From Felis catus (lineage: Eukaryota), in contig NC_058383.1 in the NCBI RefSeq assembly GCF_018350175.1, positions 24,988,001 to 25,052,000 of the forward strand: a stretch of 64,000 nucleotides of DNA. The letters are read 5' to 3'. Positions 37,215 to 49,941 of the stretch are shown here, piece after piece. Numbering within the stretch: position 1 is the stretch's first letter; each line of letters begins with the position of its first letter. The translations under genes and the position numbers were made by a program. Under the pieces are notes generated by a model. The model worked only from the letters and a program-made list of their open reading frames with translations, did no database searches and was not told where the DNA came from.

Positions 37215-40200
37215 AAAGATTAGTTGGCCATACATTTGTGAGTCCATTTCTGGTTTCTCTATTCTGTTTCAGTGATCTAAGTGTCTGGTTTTGTGCCAGT
37301 ACCATACTGTCTTGATGATTACAACTTTGTAACACATCTTGAAATCTGGAATTGCGATGCCTCCAGACTTGGTTTTCTTTAGGATTGTTTGTTTTAGCTC
37401 TGTGAGGAATGCTGGTATTATTTTTATAGGAATTGCATTGAATATGTAGATTGCTTTAGGTAGTATTGACATTTTAACAATATCTGTTCTTCCAAGCCAG
37501 GAGCATGCATGTTTTTCCATCTTTTCTGTGTCTTCTTCAATTTCTTTCATACACTTTCTATACTTTCCAGTTTAGAAATTTTTCACCCCTTTGGTTAGGT
37601 TTATCCCTAGGTATTTTATGGGTTTTGGTGCAATTATAAGTGGGATATATTCCTTGATTTCTCTTTATGCTGCTTCATTATTGGTGTATAAAAATGCAAA
37701 TGACTTCTGTACACTGATTTTGTATCCTGCGACTTGGCTGAATTCATGTAGCAGTTCCAGGAGTTTTTGGTGGAGGTTTTTGGCTTTTCCACATAAAGTA
37801 TTATGTCATCTATGAACAGTGAAAGTTTGACTTCCTCCTTGCTCATTTGGATGCCTTTTATTTCTTTGTATTGTCTTATTGCTGAGGCTAGGACCTCCAA
37901 TACTATGTTGGATATTTGTGTGAGAATGGGCATCCTTGTCTGATTCTGGACCTTAGGGGGAAAGCTCTCAGTTTTTCCCCATTGAGGATGATATTAGCTG
38001 TGGGTCTTTCTTATATGGCCTTTATGATCTTGAGGTATGGTCCTTGTATCCCTCCTTTCTCGAGGGCTTTTATCAAGAAAGGACGCTATATTTTGTCACA
38101 TGCTTTTTCTACCTATATTGAGAGGATCATGTGGTTCGTGTCCTTTTATTAATGTGATGAATCACAATGGTTAATTTGTGGATACTGAACCAGCCCTACA
38201 TCCTAGGAATTAATCCCACTTGATTGTGGTGAATAATTCTCTTAAAGTACTGCTTGATCCAGTTGGCTAGTATCTTGTTGAGAATTTTTGCATCCAGGTT
38301 CACCAGGGACATTGGTCTCCTTTGTAGAGCAGTCTTTGTCTGGTTTTTGAACAAAGGTAAGACTGGCCTCATAAAATGAGTTTGGAAGTTTTCCATCCAT
38401 TTCTATTTGTTGGAACAGCTTCAAAACAATAGGTGGTAACTCTTCTTTAAATGTTTGGTAGAATTTCTCTGGAAAGTCATCTGGCCCTGGACTCGTTGTT
38501 GGGAGATTTTTGATTACTGATTCAATTACTTTAGTGGTTTTGGATCTGTTCAAAGTTTCCATTTCCTCCTGTTTCAGCTTTGGTAGTTTATATGTTTCTA
38601 GAAATTTGTCCATTTCTTCCTGATTGGCCAATTTGTTGGCATTTAATTGCTCATAGTGCTCTTCTTACTGTTTGAATTTCTACAATGTTGGCCGTGATAT
38701 CTCCTCTTTTATTCATGATTTTAATTATTTGGGTCCTTTCTTTTTTCTTTTTGATCACTCTGGCTAGGGGGTTATCAATTTTATTAATTATTTCAAAGGA
38801 CAGGCTCCTGGTTTTATTGAACTGTTCTACTGTTTTTGTTTTAATTTTGATATCATTGATTTCTGTCCTAATCTTATTATTTCCCTTCCTCTGCATGTTT
38901 GGCCTTTATTTGCTATTTTCCAGCTCCTTTAGGTATATGGTTAGGTTGTGTATTTGAGACCTTTCTTCCTTCCTATGTCTGTGATTAATTGATCTATATA
39001 TTTGAGTTCTTTAATGTTGGGGGCATACATGTTTACAATTGTTAGATCTTCTTGGTGGATAGACCCCTTAATTATGATATAATGCCCTTTCTAATCTATT
39101 GTTACAGTGTTTATTTTAAAATCTAGTTTGCCTGATAGAAATATGGCTACTCTGGCTTTCTTTTGATGGCCATTAGCATGATAGCATGATTCTCCATCCC
39201 CTTACTTTCAATTTGCATGCATCTTTAGGTCTACAGTGAGTTTCTTGTAAGCAGCATATAGATGGAACTTGTTTTCTTAGCCTCTGTGATGCCCTATTTC
39301 TTTTGATTGGAGTGTTCAGTCCATACATTTAGATTGAGTACTGAAAGATGAATTTTGTACCATTGTGGTGCCTATAGATATGGTGTTTCTGGTGATGTTC
39401 TCTGGTCCTTTCTAATCTTTGTTGCTTTTGGTCTTTCCTTTTCTTTCTTTCTTTTTTTTTTTCTTTTCTCCAGAGTCCCCCTTAAAATTTCTTGCAGGGC
39501 TGGTTTAGTGGTCATGAACTCCTTTAGTTTTTGAATGTCTGGGAAACTCTTTTATCTCTCCTTTTATTTTGAATGACAGCCTTGCTGGATAAAGAATTCT
39601 TGGCTGCATATTTCTCTCATTCAGCACATTGAATATCCTGTGACTCCTTTCTGGCCTGCCAAGTTTCAGTTTACAGGTCTGCTGCAAACCTGATCTGTCT
39701 TCCCTTGTATGTTAAAGACATTTTTTCTCTTGCTGCCTTCATAATTCTTCCCTTATCTGTGTATTTTCTGAATTTTACTATGATATGCCTTGGTAGTGGT
39801 CGTTTTTTGTTGAATCTAATGGGAGTTCTCTGTGCTTCTAGGATTTTGATGCCTGTGCCATTCTCCAGATCATGAAAGTTTTCCACTATAATTTGTTCAC
39901 ATCAACTTTCTGTCCCTTTTTCTCTCTCTTCATCTTCTGGGACTCCTATTTTTCAGATGTTATTCCTTTTTTTGTTTTTTGAGACTACTTCTTGTAGCAT
40001 GCTCTTTTGCCTGTTTGCCTCCTTTTCTCAGCTTCATTATTCTCCATAAATTTATCTTCTATTTTGTTGATTCACTGCTCTGCTTCATTCATCCTTGTCG
40101 TTGTGACATGCATTCAGTACTGCATGTCAGTTAGAGCATTTTTAATTTCATCCTGACTAGATTTTATTTATCTCTTCAAAAACAGATTTTATGCTTTTTT

Positions 40201-43200
40201 CCACCCCAGGTAGAACTCCTATTTTCATGGTTCTAAATTCTAGTTCAGACATCTTGCTTATATCTGTGTTGATTAAACCCCTGACTATCATTTCTTCCTG
40301 TTCTTTCTTTTGGGGTGAATCCTTCATCTTGTTATTTTAGAGGAAGAAAAAAATTAGTAAAATAAAAAATAATTCAAATAAAGGATGCTATATCCTAGAT
40401 GCGTTTTGGTTGGCTTGTTGACAGAAGCTTGCTAGAATAGAGAAAAGTATGAAAGAAAAGGAAAAAAAAGCAAAAATTAAAATGTATGTAATTAGAATAA
40501 AATAAAATAAATGAAATAGAATAAAAGATCTTAAAAAGTCAAAAATAAAAAAATAAACCAAAAATAAGTTTTTCCCTTTCTGTTTCCAAAGAAGAACAAA
40601 CAAAGGAAGAAAAAAGTCTGTATTTTAAGCCAAAACAGAAGAAAATGTACAAATAAATGAACCAGGAAACAGAATAAAACCCGAACGAAGTTACATCCAG
40701 TTTCACCTAGAACTGAAACTATGAAGCCCTCTATAGTCCATACACTAAGCAAGTGAAGTGACTTGTGCTGGTCTACTAGGAGATGTGCCTGAAGGGGCAG
40801 TTGGGCAATGCGTAGTATAATGGCTTTGTTCTCCACTATAGCTTATTGGTGTGGGTGTACACATGTACATGCATGGGAGAAGTGGAAATGGCTTCACCCA
40901 GCTCCCTCATCTCTGGCACAGGAACTTCACACTCTCACCAACTCACGACCAAGCACCTCTTCATTGTCTCCGGCCTCTGTCTGCTCCCCACCTCTACCCT
41001 ATCCTGTCCACACTGCCTGCCTGCCAAGCATCACCTTCCTCCAGAGTTTTATCTCAGATGGGGTTGTGTTTCAAAACCCCACACTTCAGAGACAGCTGGG
41101 CTTGGACAAGCACTGACTCACTGGGGGAGGGTCTCAGTGAGCAGCGGCCAGGGGAAGGCTTGTCCAGAAAACATGTGTGTGATCGTGCAGCAGCAGAGGT
41201 TCAGAGGTTATGGCAAATCACAAAACACAGCTGGTTCCAGGTTTCACTCTGGTGTCTTTGTCCCAATACCAGCAAATGTGGCTGCTCTCTGGGGTCCACA
41301 TGAGATCTCTGTCTGAGGGGAGGCCATATGGCCTCTACCAAGTGCACTCCAAGCAGGGGAATCACTTCTCCCCATGTGGCCCATGGACCTCTCAGGCCCC
41401 ACTCCCTGCTCCTGGGGAGCCGCCCTACTTCCTCACCAGAGCACAGCCAGGCACTGAGTTACAAAACTTCAGACTCTGCACTCCACTGTTCATAGAATCC
41501 TGGTGATATTGAAACCCTCTCCTTTCTTCCTGTCAAAGGTTTTGGGGAATTGATTTCTTGTTCAGTCCCCTGTAAGCATTTTTATTCTTTCTCTCCCTTT
41601 CTTTCCAGCTACTTTCAGGGGAGTGCTTTTCTTGCACAATTCCAATGCACCACACTTTCCCCCTTTCTCTTTCTCTGTCCTCTCTCTGCAAAAACATCTC
41701 CCTACCCTCCCTGTCTTTTCTCTCCCTCAGTTCACCTCTCTGCACCATGTACCTGCTGAACACTGTGGCTCAAGTTATGTTGATTGTTGTCAGTCCTCAG
41801 GTCAATTTCCTAGGTGTTTAAAATGGTTTCATGCTGATCTAGCTGTTTCAGGGATAAGGCAAGCTCAGGATCTCCATGGTGCTCTGTCATCTTAACTCCT
41901 CACAAATAATCTTCTTGACATCTCTGAGAATTTGTTTCATCTTTTTCTTTATGATGACATGTCAGCCATGTTTCTGACATAGGACAGAGGTTCCATCTGA
42001 TTGAGTTGATTCTTCCAAATCCCTAAGTTGAATTGCTTCTTCTGCATAGGAAAATGTTTATTCCATTGGCTACATAAGCTTCACCTCAGCCACCCGAGCA
42101 GAGCCCCAGGAACCAGTGGAGGGGAGCACATCCCATCCATCTGCCCTCACTCACCTTCCTCAGGTACTTATATGGGGCTGTCACTGACTTCACATACTGC
42201 TGCAGCTCCTGGGTGAGCTGGTCCTGGTCATGGGAGAGGAATTCCAGGGTCAGGACAATAAATGCTTTCATCACCTGCAATGCAGAACCAGAGTGAGGCT
42301 CAGGGTGAGTGGCAAACAAATGCGTAGTTTAAAAAGTAAATGTTTATTAAATAAATGGAAAAACAAGTTGAGAGTTGGGCCTTTGGAAAAAAAACAGGAC
42401 CAGTTTCCATACTTCCAATTTCCACTCTTTGCCTTAGAAAATAACCTCTCAGCCTCCATTTCCTTCTCTGTGACATGGGGATAGCATAGCTTCACTCCTC
42501 ATTGCATTTATGTCAAGATTCATTGAGATAATGCATGTAAAATGTGAAGCCAGTTTAAATTATTTGTATTCCTATCATTATCATTACCATTTTTACTATT
42601 ATTGTAGATAGAGTTCTGTGGGCATGAAATAAATGTTGGTAATTAACCATTTTTAAGTTATTTATGTCCCTATTACAGGGCACAGGGCCTTAAACATACT
42701 AGGTACTCAACACACACTTGTTGAATCAATGAATGCATGCTCTGAAGCCAGATCTCTCAGATTCCCATTCCACCTCCACCACTTAAGGGCTTTGTGATCA
42801 AGAAAGTCATTTAATCTCTTTATGCTTCTTCACTATTAAAAAAAGGGTATCAGAATCCTTAATGAATTAGGCTGTTGTGAGGGGGAAATAACCTGTCACA
42901 TAAAAAGGGCTCATCAATAGGAAATTGTCGGCAGCAGCAGTAGGAGCAGCATTCACAAGCATCATTTTCTGTCACACATAGTTGGGGCCACAGTGCCCTC
43001 TGGTGACCACACAGTGTAAATGCACATGCACATGCATTCTGCCCTCCCTCCACCCTAAGTGGGAGGTTGGGGAGATATGGCCTGGAAAATGTTTTTCCTG
43101 CATCTGCCTTCCAGGTGCTCACACACAGACACAATGACCTCTGTGTCCTCCTCCTTACCTCCCTTCGAACTGGGTCCGGGCTGCTCACCACAGCCGATTC

Positions 43201-43464
43201 AGCCACTGCTGGATGTTCCACCAGGGCATGCTCGACCTCATCAGCCCAATTCAGTACCTGGAGGATCAATGACTCCTTCTTGGTTTTTGAGCAGCTGGCA
43301 GGTCTGGGTGACCCAGGCCTTCAAGTGTCATATTTTGAAGAGTCATATCTTCCTTTGGTATGTAGGATAACTGTCTCAGGGAGCCCAGATACCTGTCACC
43401 TGCCTCTGTTTTGGGCCCCAACCATGAAAAATGGACACTCCATATAAGAAATATGACAGTCACA

Positions 43465-43692
43465 GGACACCTAAGTGGCTCAGTGGGTTAAGGATCCGAC
43501 TTCATCTCAGGTCATAATCTCACAGTTCATGAGTTTGAGGCCTGCATTGGGCTCTGTGCTTACAGCTCAGAACCTGGAGCCTGCTTCAGATTCTGGGTCT
43601 CCCTCTCTTTCTGTCTCTCCTCAACTCGCACTCTGACTTTCTCCCTGTCTCCCTCTCTCTCAAAAACAAATAATCATTTTTTAAAAATAAAA
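43465..43692 (+). mobile_element. Can-SINE
   Basis: Typical body; imperfect TSD aaatatgacagtca/aaatacaacagtca. Confidence 0.88.
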
Positions 43693-44466
43693 TACAACAG
43701 TCATATGCTCCCCAGAGTTTCTTATCTCACTGCCTCTGGTCAGGGAAGAGGGTACATGTTTAGTCCTCCCTGAGCTATGGTGCTTCATCTGAAACTTTCA
43801 GGCAAATTCTGCATCCTATTCCCCATTATATAAGCATGTTTTAAGAAAAAGAAGAAAAGACTCTCTACTGTCTAAATATACATGGAAATGGGGTGCTGTA
43901 AGATAATGTAAACTTTTTCTAGAAAAATCATTCTATTTTACAAGTATGTCCCATTCCTCCTTCTGCCTTCTCTCCAAGACTGCCAAATATTCATTCAACA
44001 AATGTTAAATGCCTGCTATGTGTCAGACATGATTCAAGGTCTTAGGGACCTTGTAGAGAACAAACAGGGTCCCTGCTCTCAGTAAATCACATTCTCATAA
44101 CAGTAAGAAGGTTACCACAGATTAAGCTGTTACTGTGTGCAAGGTGCAGAGTCATTTCCACACATCATGACTCTTATACTTCATAAAGGATTAGAAAGCA
44201 CAGTTACTTCCCCAGTTTTTCTAATGTAACACAGACTCAAATGGTGAAGTAATTTGTCCCATGTCATGAGCTAGCGTTGAGGCCTCAGGGTTGAATAATC
44301 ACCTGTTTCATTCTAATATTCAGGCTGCATTTTTTTGGCACATGGACTGTAATTGTAACAAAGTCAATAAGATCTTCTGATCTGAAGTTGAAGACTGCCT
44401 CCTACATGTCCTATTATATTACTGCCTCAGCTTGAGTTTTTAGGTTAATTAATATGCCTCACTCTA

Positions 44467-44660
44467 GGGGCACCTGGGTGGCTCAGTCCATTGAGCATCC
44501 AACTCTTGATTTCAGGTCGGGTCATGATTTCAACATTCATGAGATCAAGCCCCACATCAGGTTCCATGCTGAGCATGGGGTCTGCGTGGGATTCTCTGTC
44601 CCCCTCTCTCTGTGCCCCTCTCCACACTCACAAAATAAATCAGTAAACTTAAAAAAAAAT
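44467..44660 (+). mobile_element. Can-SINE
   Basis: Typical body; flanking aatatgcct repeat. Confidence 0.88.
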
Positions 44661-46759
44661 ATGCCTTGCTCCAACGTGTAGCCAGGTGGCACACAGAGCC
44701 ATGAACAAAGTCAACATTTCTTATACTTTGAAGTATTTTCTAAAATGTCAAAGTGGAGATACTCTGAACTAGAGTTCCAAGACATAGTTTCCATGTGTGC
44801 TAAGGAACTGAAGGAACATGCAAAAGGTCCTGTGCATCCCTGTCTGTATCCAAGTTTCTGATTCATTCACTCATTCATTCATTCACTCCATGAATACTAA
44901 TGGATGAATAAGCCTATTCTCTTCTAAGCAAGTACATCGTGGTGAGCCAGAACATACAGCCCAGCTTCATGGGGCTCAGATATAGCAGAGCAAAAAAAAA
45001 TTTGGTCTAATAACTGTGTACTAAGTATATAGCCAGAAACTGAAATAAGTGTTATTAAGGGAAGGACCGAATAAGGCCATAAAGATACAATTTAGAAGGA
45101 AATTACTTATTTTGGGAGAACAAGGGTACCTCCCCTAAAAAAGTCCTACTTCCCCTGACATCTGAAGGATAAATGGGACTTCACCAGGTGATGGGGGGTA
45201 TCCTGGGAGGGGGAAGAGTTTGCACCAGAGAAACTCTCAGAAGGGTCATGCATACACTACTGTCGGGGGTTAGATGCCAGGGGTCACTGGGAGATGGCCT
45301 TGGTCTAGACCTTCCAGGCCATTTAGAGCCAAGATGATAATTGCCATCCAACATCTGTTCCCCCTTCTCTGTCACAGTCAGACAACAAGCTGAATTTAAG
45401 ATGAATAATCTTAGGCTCCAGACAAACTGAACAACTTATAATGATCACAGACTCACTCTGGGTTGGTTATTTTAATTGAGATATTTACCCACAATAGGAT
45501 AATTCATTGAGCACTTTTATGTAGATATTTTCAACTTCAGTTAAATTTTTTTTTAGAAAAGAAAAGAAAAAGATATTTGCACACCATGAAATTTATCATG
45601 GTGGTTCTACAACCATCACTGCTAGAAGCACTTGCTTTTAAGTACTCTTTGTTCTTATCAAAATTACTTTAAAATGATATTATTAATTGAGTTTATAAAA
45701 TACACAATTTAATTTGCACAATACTGTAAAATGGCTCAATGAAATTTGTACATGTGCATTCGTCTGTGGAACCACCTACCAAACAAGATGCTCAGGACAC
45801 CCCCAGCCACCTCGTTGGCTCCCCAGGCCCTCTCCCACTTGGTATGCCCCTCAGAATGACCACTAATCATTCTGAAAGCCCCTTATAGTAGAGAACAAAA
45901 AGGCAATGACTTAGAAGGGTCAGGTGCTGATTCCACATGTTATGCAGCAAAGAGGGCTGATGAGACCCTCCCTTGCTCCCTCAAACAGGCTTCCTCCTCA
46001 GAGATGAGTAGAAAAGTCCTGACAGACCTTGTCCATCTCAGAAGGGAAGGAAGCAGCAACTATCATGGCTCTGGTGCTGTGGGGGGGGGTCAGAAGATTT
46101 CATCTTATCCCTAAAACTGTCAGTGGGTTCTGACTAAACCATGGGGAAGGGATCATCCGGATCCTCATTAGGATCCATGGTTAGAATGATGCTGAGCAAA
46201 CTACCACTGGCCACCAACACAATGATGTTTCCTAAGGAACCTGCTGCATGTACCATTGATCACTGTGATGGCTTTGTCATGCATCAGCAGAGAAACACAC
46301 ACATTTTCTAAACCCACATGTAAACTCCACATAAATGCAATGACAAAGTCATGCTTCCACCAGGATCTAACTAAACCTTGTACAACTGAAAACACACTAA
46401 CTCTTTCCTTAGAAAGGTTTGTCCTTTGGTAATGTTCTTGAGTATTCCTCTCTAATTCATTCAAGTGGCTATTCCTCACCCTCCTTGCAACATTGTTGAT
46501 GCTGGCCTCTGCTGTCAATGGTCTATGAGGTGTAAGATTTCAAGATGCTAAGAGCACTGATGCTGGAAAGTATTAAAATCACTCATAAAATGACAAAGGA
46601 GTATGTAAGAGAGTGAGATCAGAAACATCTGAAGGACAGAAAATGAACAGGAGGAATGATGTGACAAGCCCGCTAAGAAAAAAAGATAACGAAGAGATTC
46701 AGCATCCTGAGAAAATTTTTGAAGCTCTCAAATATTTTTCATTAAACAAGAACCATTTT

Positions 46760-46950
46760 GGGGTTGCTTGAGTGGCTCATTTGGTTGAGCATCTGACTTG
46801 ATTTCAGCTCAGGTCATGATCCCAGGGTCATGGGATCAAGACCCGCACTGGGCTCCATACTGGGCATAGAGCATGCTTGGGATTCTCTCTCCCTCCCACT
46901 CTGCTTCTCCCCCCTGCTCATGCACATTCTCAAAAAAAATTTTTTAAAAA
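46760..46950 (+). mobile_element. Can-SINE
   Basis: TSD gaaccatttt. Confidence 0.88.
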
Positions 46951-47294
46951 GGAACCATTTTCATGATAGTATTGTACAATTAGGAATGGATTTCAAAACA
47001 TAATTACAGTTGACATATAATTTTTGTCAGACAATTTGCATCCAAACTCCCCTACATCAACATTTGACTCAGTATGTGTTTATGCCAGGAATGATCACAT
47101 AGTTGCATCTATAGCTTTACTGTTATTATACAAAGTAAGCTAAAGTACACCAGATGTTTTCAGGGCAAATTCTCAGTTTTGCTTTCTTTTCTCAAACCTA
47201 GTATTATGTTTTGGACTCTAATGCTTCAAATAAAATTTGAAGGAGCAAGAACAAATAAGAACTAATCTTCATCAAAAGAACAAAAAGAGAAGCC

Positions 47295-48790
47295 ACAGAC
47301 TGGTAGACTCTCCTTTGGCATGCCTTTCAACCTACTGGAACCAATTAAGATTGCAAGGTTTAAAAAAGGACTGGTCTTTTGTAACACTGCAAGGTCTCAT
47401 TATTCCTTAGGATACGAGGGAAAATGGCCCATTAATGGGACATTAAGCTTAAGTATAGCTTTTCCATTAGATCTCTTCTGCAGGAACAGGGCAAATGGAC
47501 TGAGGTACCCTCTGTCCAGGCCTGAATGGTCCCCAATCAGGACCCTGATCTAAGGGCCTCTTGATGAATATATTTGGCCACTAACCAGGCTGATAAACTC
47601 CCTCCTGATATACTGGATGATTGTTTAAACAGGCCTCCTCTGAACAAACCCATCTTGCTTGAGGAAACACAGGCCATCCCTAACAAAGGGGATGGTGACA
47701 CTCTTTGTTCTTCCTTATAGGCTCAGGTTCCTCTAGCTGTATGTGGGAGCTTCTCCTTCATTCATTTCCCAGGTTAATGGCTATAATTGGAGCCAATTGT
47801 CTCTGGTGAATCTCCCTTGGGACAGGGACTTTAAAGAATATTCCTGGGGCACCTGGGTGGCTCAGTTAGTTAAATGGCTGACTTCAGCTTAGGTCATGAT
47901 CTCGCAGTTCACAGTTCATCTGTTTGAGCCCCACATCAGGCTCTGGCTGGCAGCTCAGAGCCTAGAGCCTGCTTCTAATTCTGCATCTCCCTCTCTCTCT
48001 CTGCCCCTCCCCTGCTTGCTCTCTGTCTCTGTTTCTCTCAAATAATAAACATTAAAATTAAAAAATAATAATAATATTCCCAAGCAGCTGCCAAAACTCC
48101 TTTTGTTTCAGGGAAGTTCCCTGTCTTCACTGACCAGATATGTACTGCCCAATTCCCCTTGAGTGTGGGGAAAAAACATCTGCATCTGGTCATCTGTCTG
48201 AGACGACAGGCTTTAGGACCAGAAAAGCTCTTTCTCTGCCCTCTGGGCTTTTACCTGCCTCCAGCCTTCCAGGCAGCAGGAAGATGACCTCCCATCCCTG
48301 CCTTCCCCTCCCCCTCCTCCTGTTTCTGCACCACCTTGGGTACTGCCTGCATATCTGGTTCCTGTACCATCCTCGGTGCCTCTGGCACCATTGGCTCCTC
48401 CTGCTTCCTTTACTATCAAAGGGCAAAGAGCACACCCTTGGACTTACACTGCCCACTTCGGATTCCTCACCAGTGTCCCAGGTACAAATTGACAATGGGG
48501 AACAAATTGGTTGACTTTTAAGTGTCATACTTAAAAGGTGGAACATACTCAATATCTAAACTAATTTAAGTTCGTTGGTTTAATTAAGATAGACATATCT
48601 TTCGAGTTGTCAGCATGAAATGTGAAAGTTTACCAACATTTACTAAAGGTCAAAGAAGCTCCTGTTTTCTCTGTTGCAATTTGTTAGCAAAGGGATGACT
48701 TGAAACGATGGTTAATTTCATGTGTCTCAAGGTTTTCATGAGTAATTGTTAACACAGCTATCAAGAGCTTTGGTAACCTGAAACTTTTCA
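47295..48790 (+). mobile_element. ERV1-class internal fragment with gag matrix remnant
   Basis: SPLACL..LVFCNTA..KWPINGTL..LDLFCR..GKWTEVPSVQA at ~47305-47520, a typical class I gag N-terminus. Confidence 0.8.
47846..48072 (+). mobile_element. Can-SINE inside the ERV fragment
   Basis: TSD aatattcc. Confidence 0.88.
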
Positions 48791-48929
48791 TCTCTGACAA
48801 TCCTGGATAAGGAGGACATGAGGGTCTAACAGGTGGCTTTTCCTGAGAAGAGCTCTCAAGGGGAAAGTCTGGAAGAACTTGCTTTTCTTGGCCCCCTAAA
48901 AGGGCCAGAAGGTTAGCACCTAACTTACA

Positions 48930-49941
48930 ACTATACATGAGGAAATTTTGACCATTTACCTTCTCTTTCCCAATATAGATCTAACTTTAAGATAGTACTG
49001 ACTGAATACCTCCCTCAGGAGGCCAGGAATCTCCATCCTCCAGGTGATATTTCAGGTGCCTCTTAGCATTGATAGGTCCAGTATCAAGCCCTGACCGGGA
49101 TAAGACTCATGAGGAAGTCTGATGCCACCTTAAGCTGTATGAAGTCACTCACCATGGAACCGTAGATTGGGATTCAACACTTGCTTCAGCCCTTTGGTCA
49201 GGTCGGAACCTTTCCACTGTCCATCTCATTCACACACAGTCATAGAGTGACTCCAACCTGATGCCCAGCACCTTAGAGTTGTGGCTTGATTTCTTATTCC
49301 TTATGGAACTACTCAGGCAACTCTGGGAGGTGGTCAGGCTCCCCTTCTGCTGCTTAGGGGAAGGTCTACCAAAACAAACCTGAGTTTTTACCAGTCTGAC
49401 CAGCGATATTCCCTAAACTGGTTCCTGGGCCTCACCAGGTTCCATTGTGCATCTGGGGCCCTGGCCCCAGTGTGCCGGGAGGGGCTAGCCTCCTATGGAT
49501 CAAGTGGTCTGCTGGCACCAGGTGAGGTCACTTCTGCTGGTGCTCCAAGGTTCATACCCCAGCAACAAAGGAGGTGGAAATGCACCATCCCCAAATCCCT
49601 GAAGCAAGCCCCCAAGAAATATAGCAGGATTCTGGCACAGAGAGATGGGACACTGAGGCTTTCTTTGTCCAGGAAGCAACTTTATTCGTCGTGCTTGCAT
49701 AGGCTCAAGGGGTTCATACCTAGAAAACTGAGCCCTGAGTGCAGTGGGGTGTAGCCTTTTATGCAATTTCTCTTTCTTTGTCTCCCATATACAGTGACAC
49801 ATATAGTCTGATTGGACCCAGTCCAAGTTACAGAGTCCTGTCAGAGCTATGCATATGTGTCTGGGAGTTCACTGGGTCACATTGCCTTCCTTTGTTCTGA
49901 GAAGGCCTCCACCACATTCCTTAGGGAGGGGCTCTACCACA
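48930..49941 (-). mobile_element. ERV 5' LTR (49620-49941), tRNA-Pro-like PBS (49595-49614) and leader
   Basis: The LTR starts TGTGGTAGAG and has AATAAA at 49681-49686(-). It is followed by TGGGGGCTTGCTTCAGGGAT, resembling the tRNA-Pro PBS TGGGGGCTCGTCCGGGAT. Confidence 0.75.

Larger units (their letters stand above)
29640..41900 (-). mobile_element. Older full-length L1, interrupted by the L1 at 30977-37214
   Basis: 3' end at ~29640; ORF2 and ORF1 fragments (38242..38631-, 39671..39886-); 5' UTR to ~41900; TSD-like aaataatct at ~29628 and ~41904. Confidence 0.9.
28340..43257 (-). pseudogene. ACSM1: ACSM1-like acyl-CoA synthetase pseudogene fragment (last three coding exons)
   Basis: Exon 43159-43257 Y*IG/..[27 protein letters not shown] (stop plus frameshift); exon 42155-42274 [40 protein letters not shown] (120 nt, canonical splice sites); exon 28340-28425 VEFVPELPKVITVKIK/SELQKKEFGQM* (frameshift). 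AATAAA on the minus strand at ~28122 and ~28066. Confidence 0.9.

Noticed and set aside
46201..46560. 105-aa ORF, possibly an old hAT transposase relic
   Set aside because: Resemblance is too faint to call without a search.
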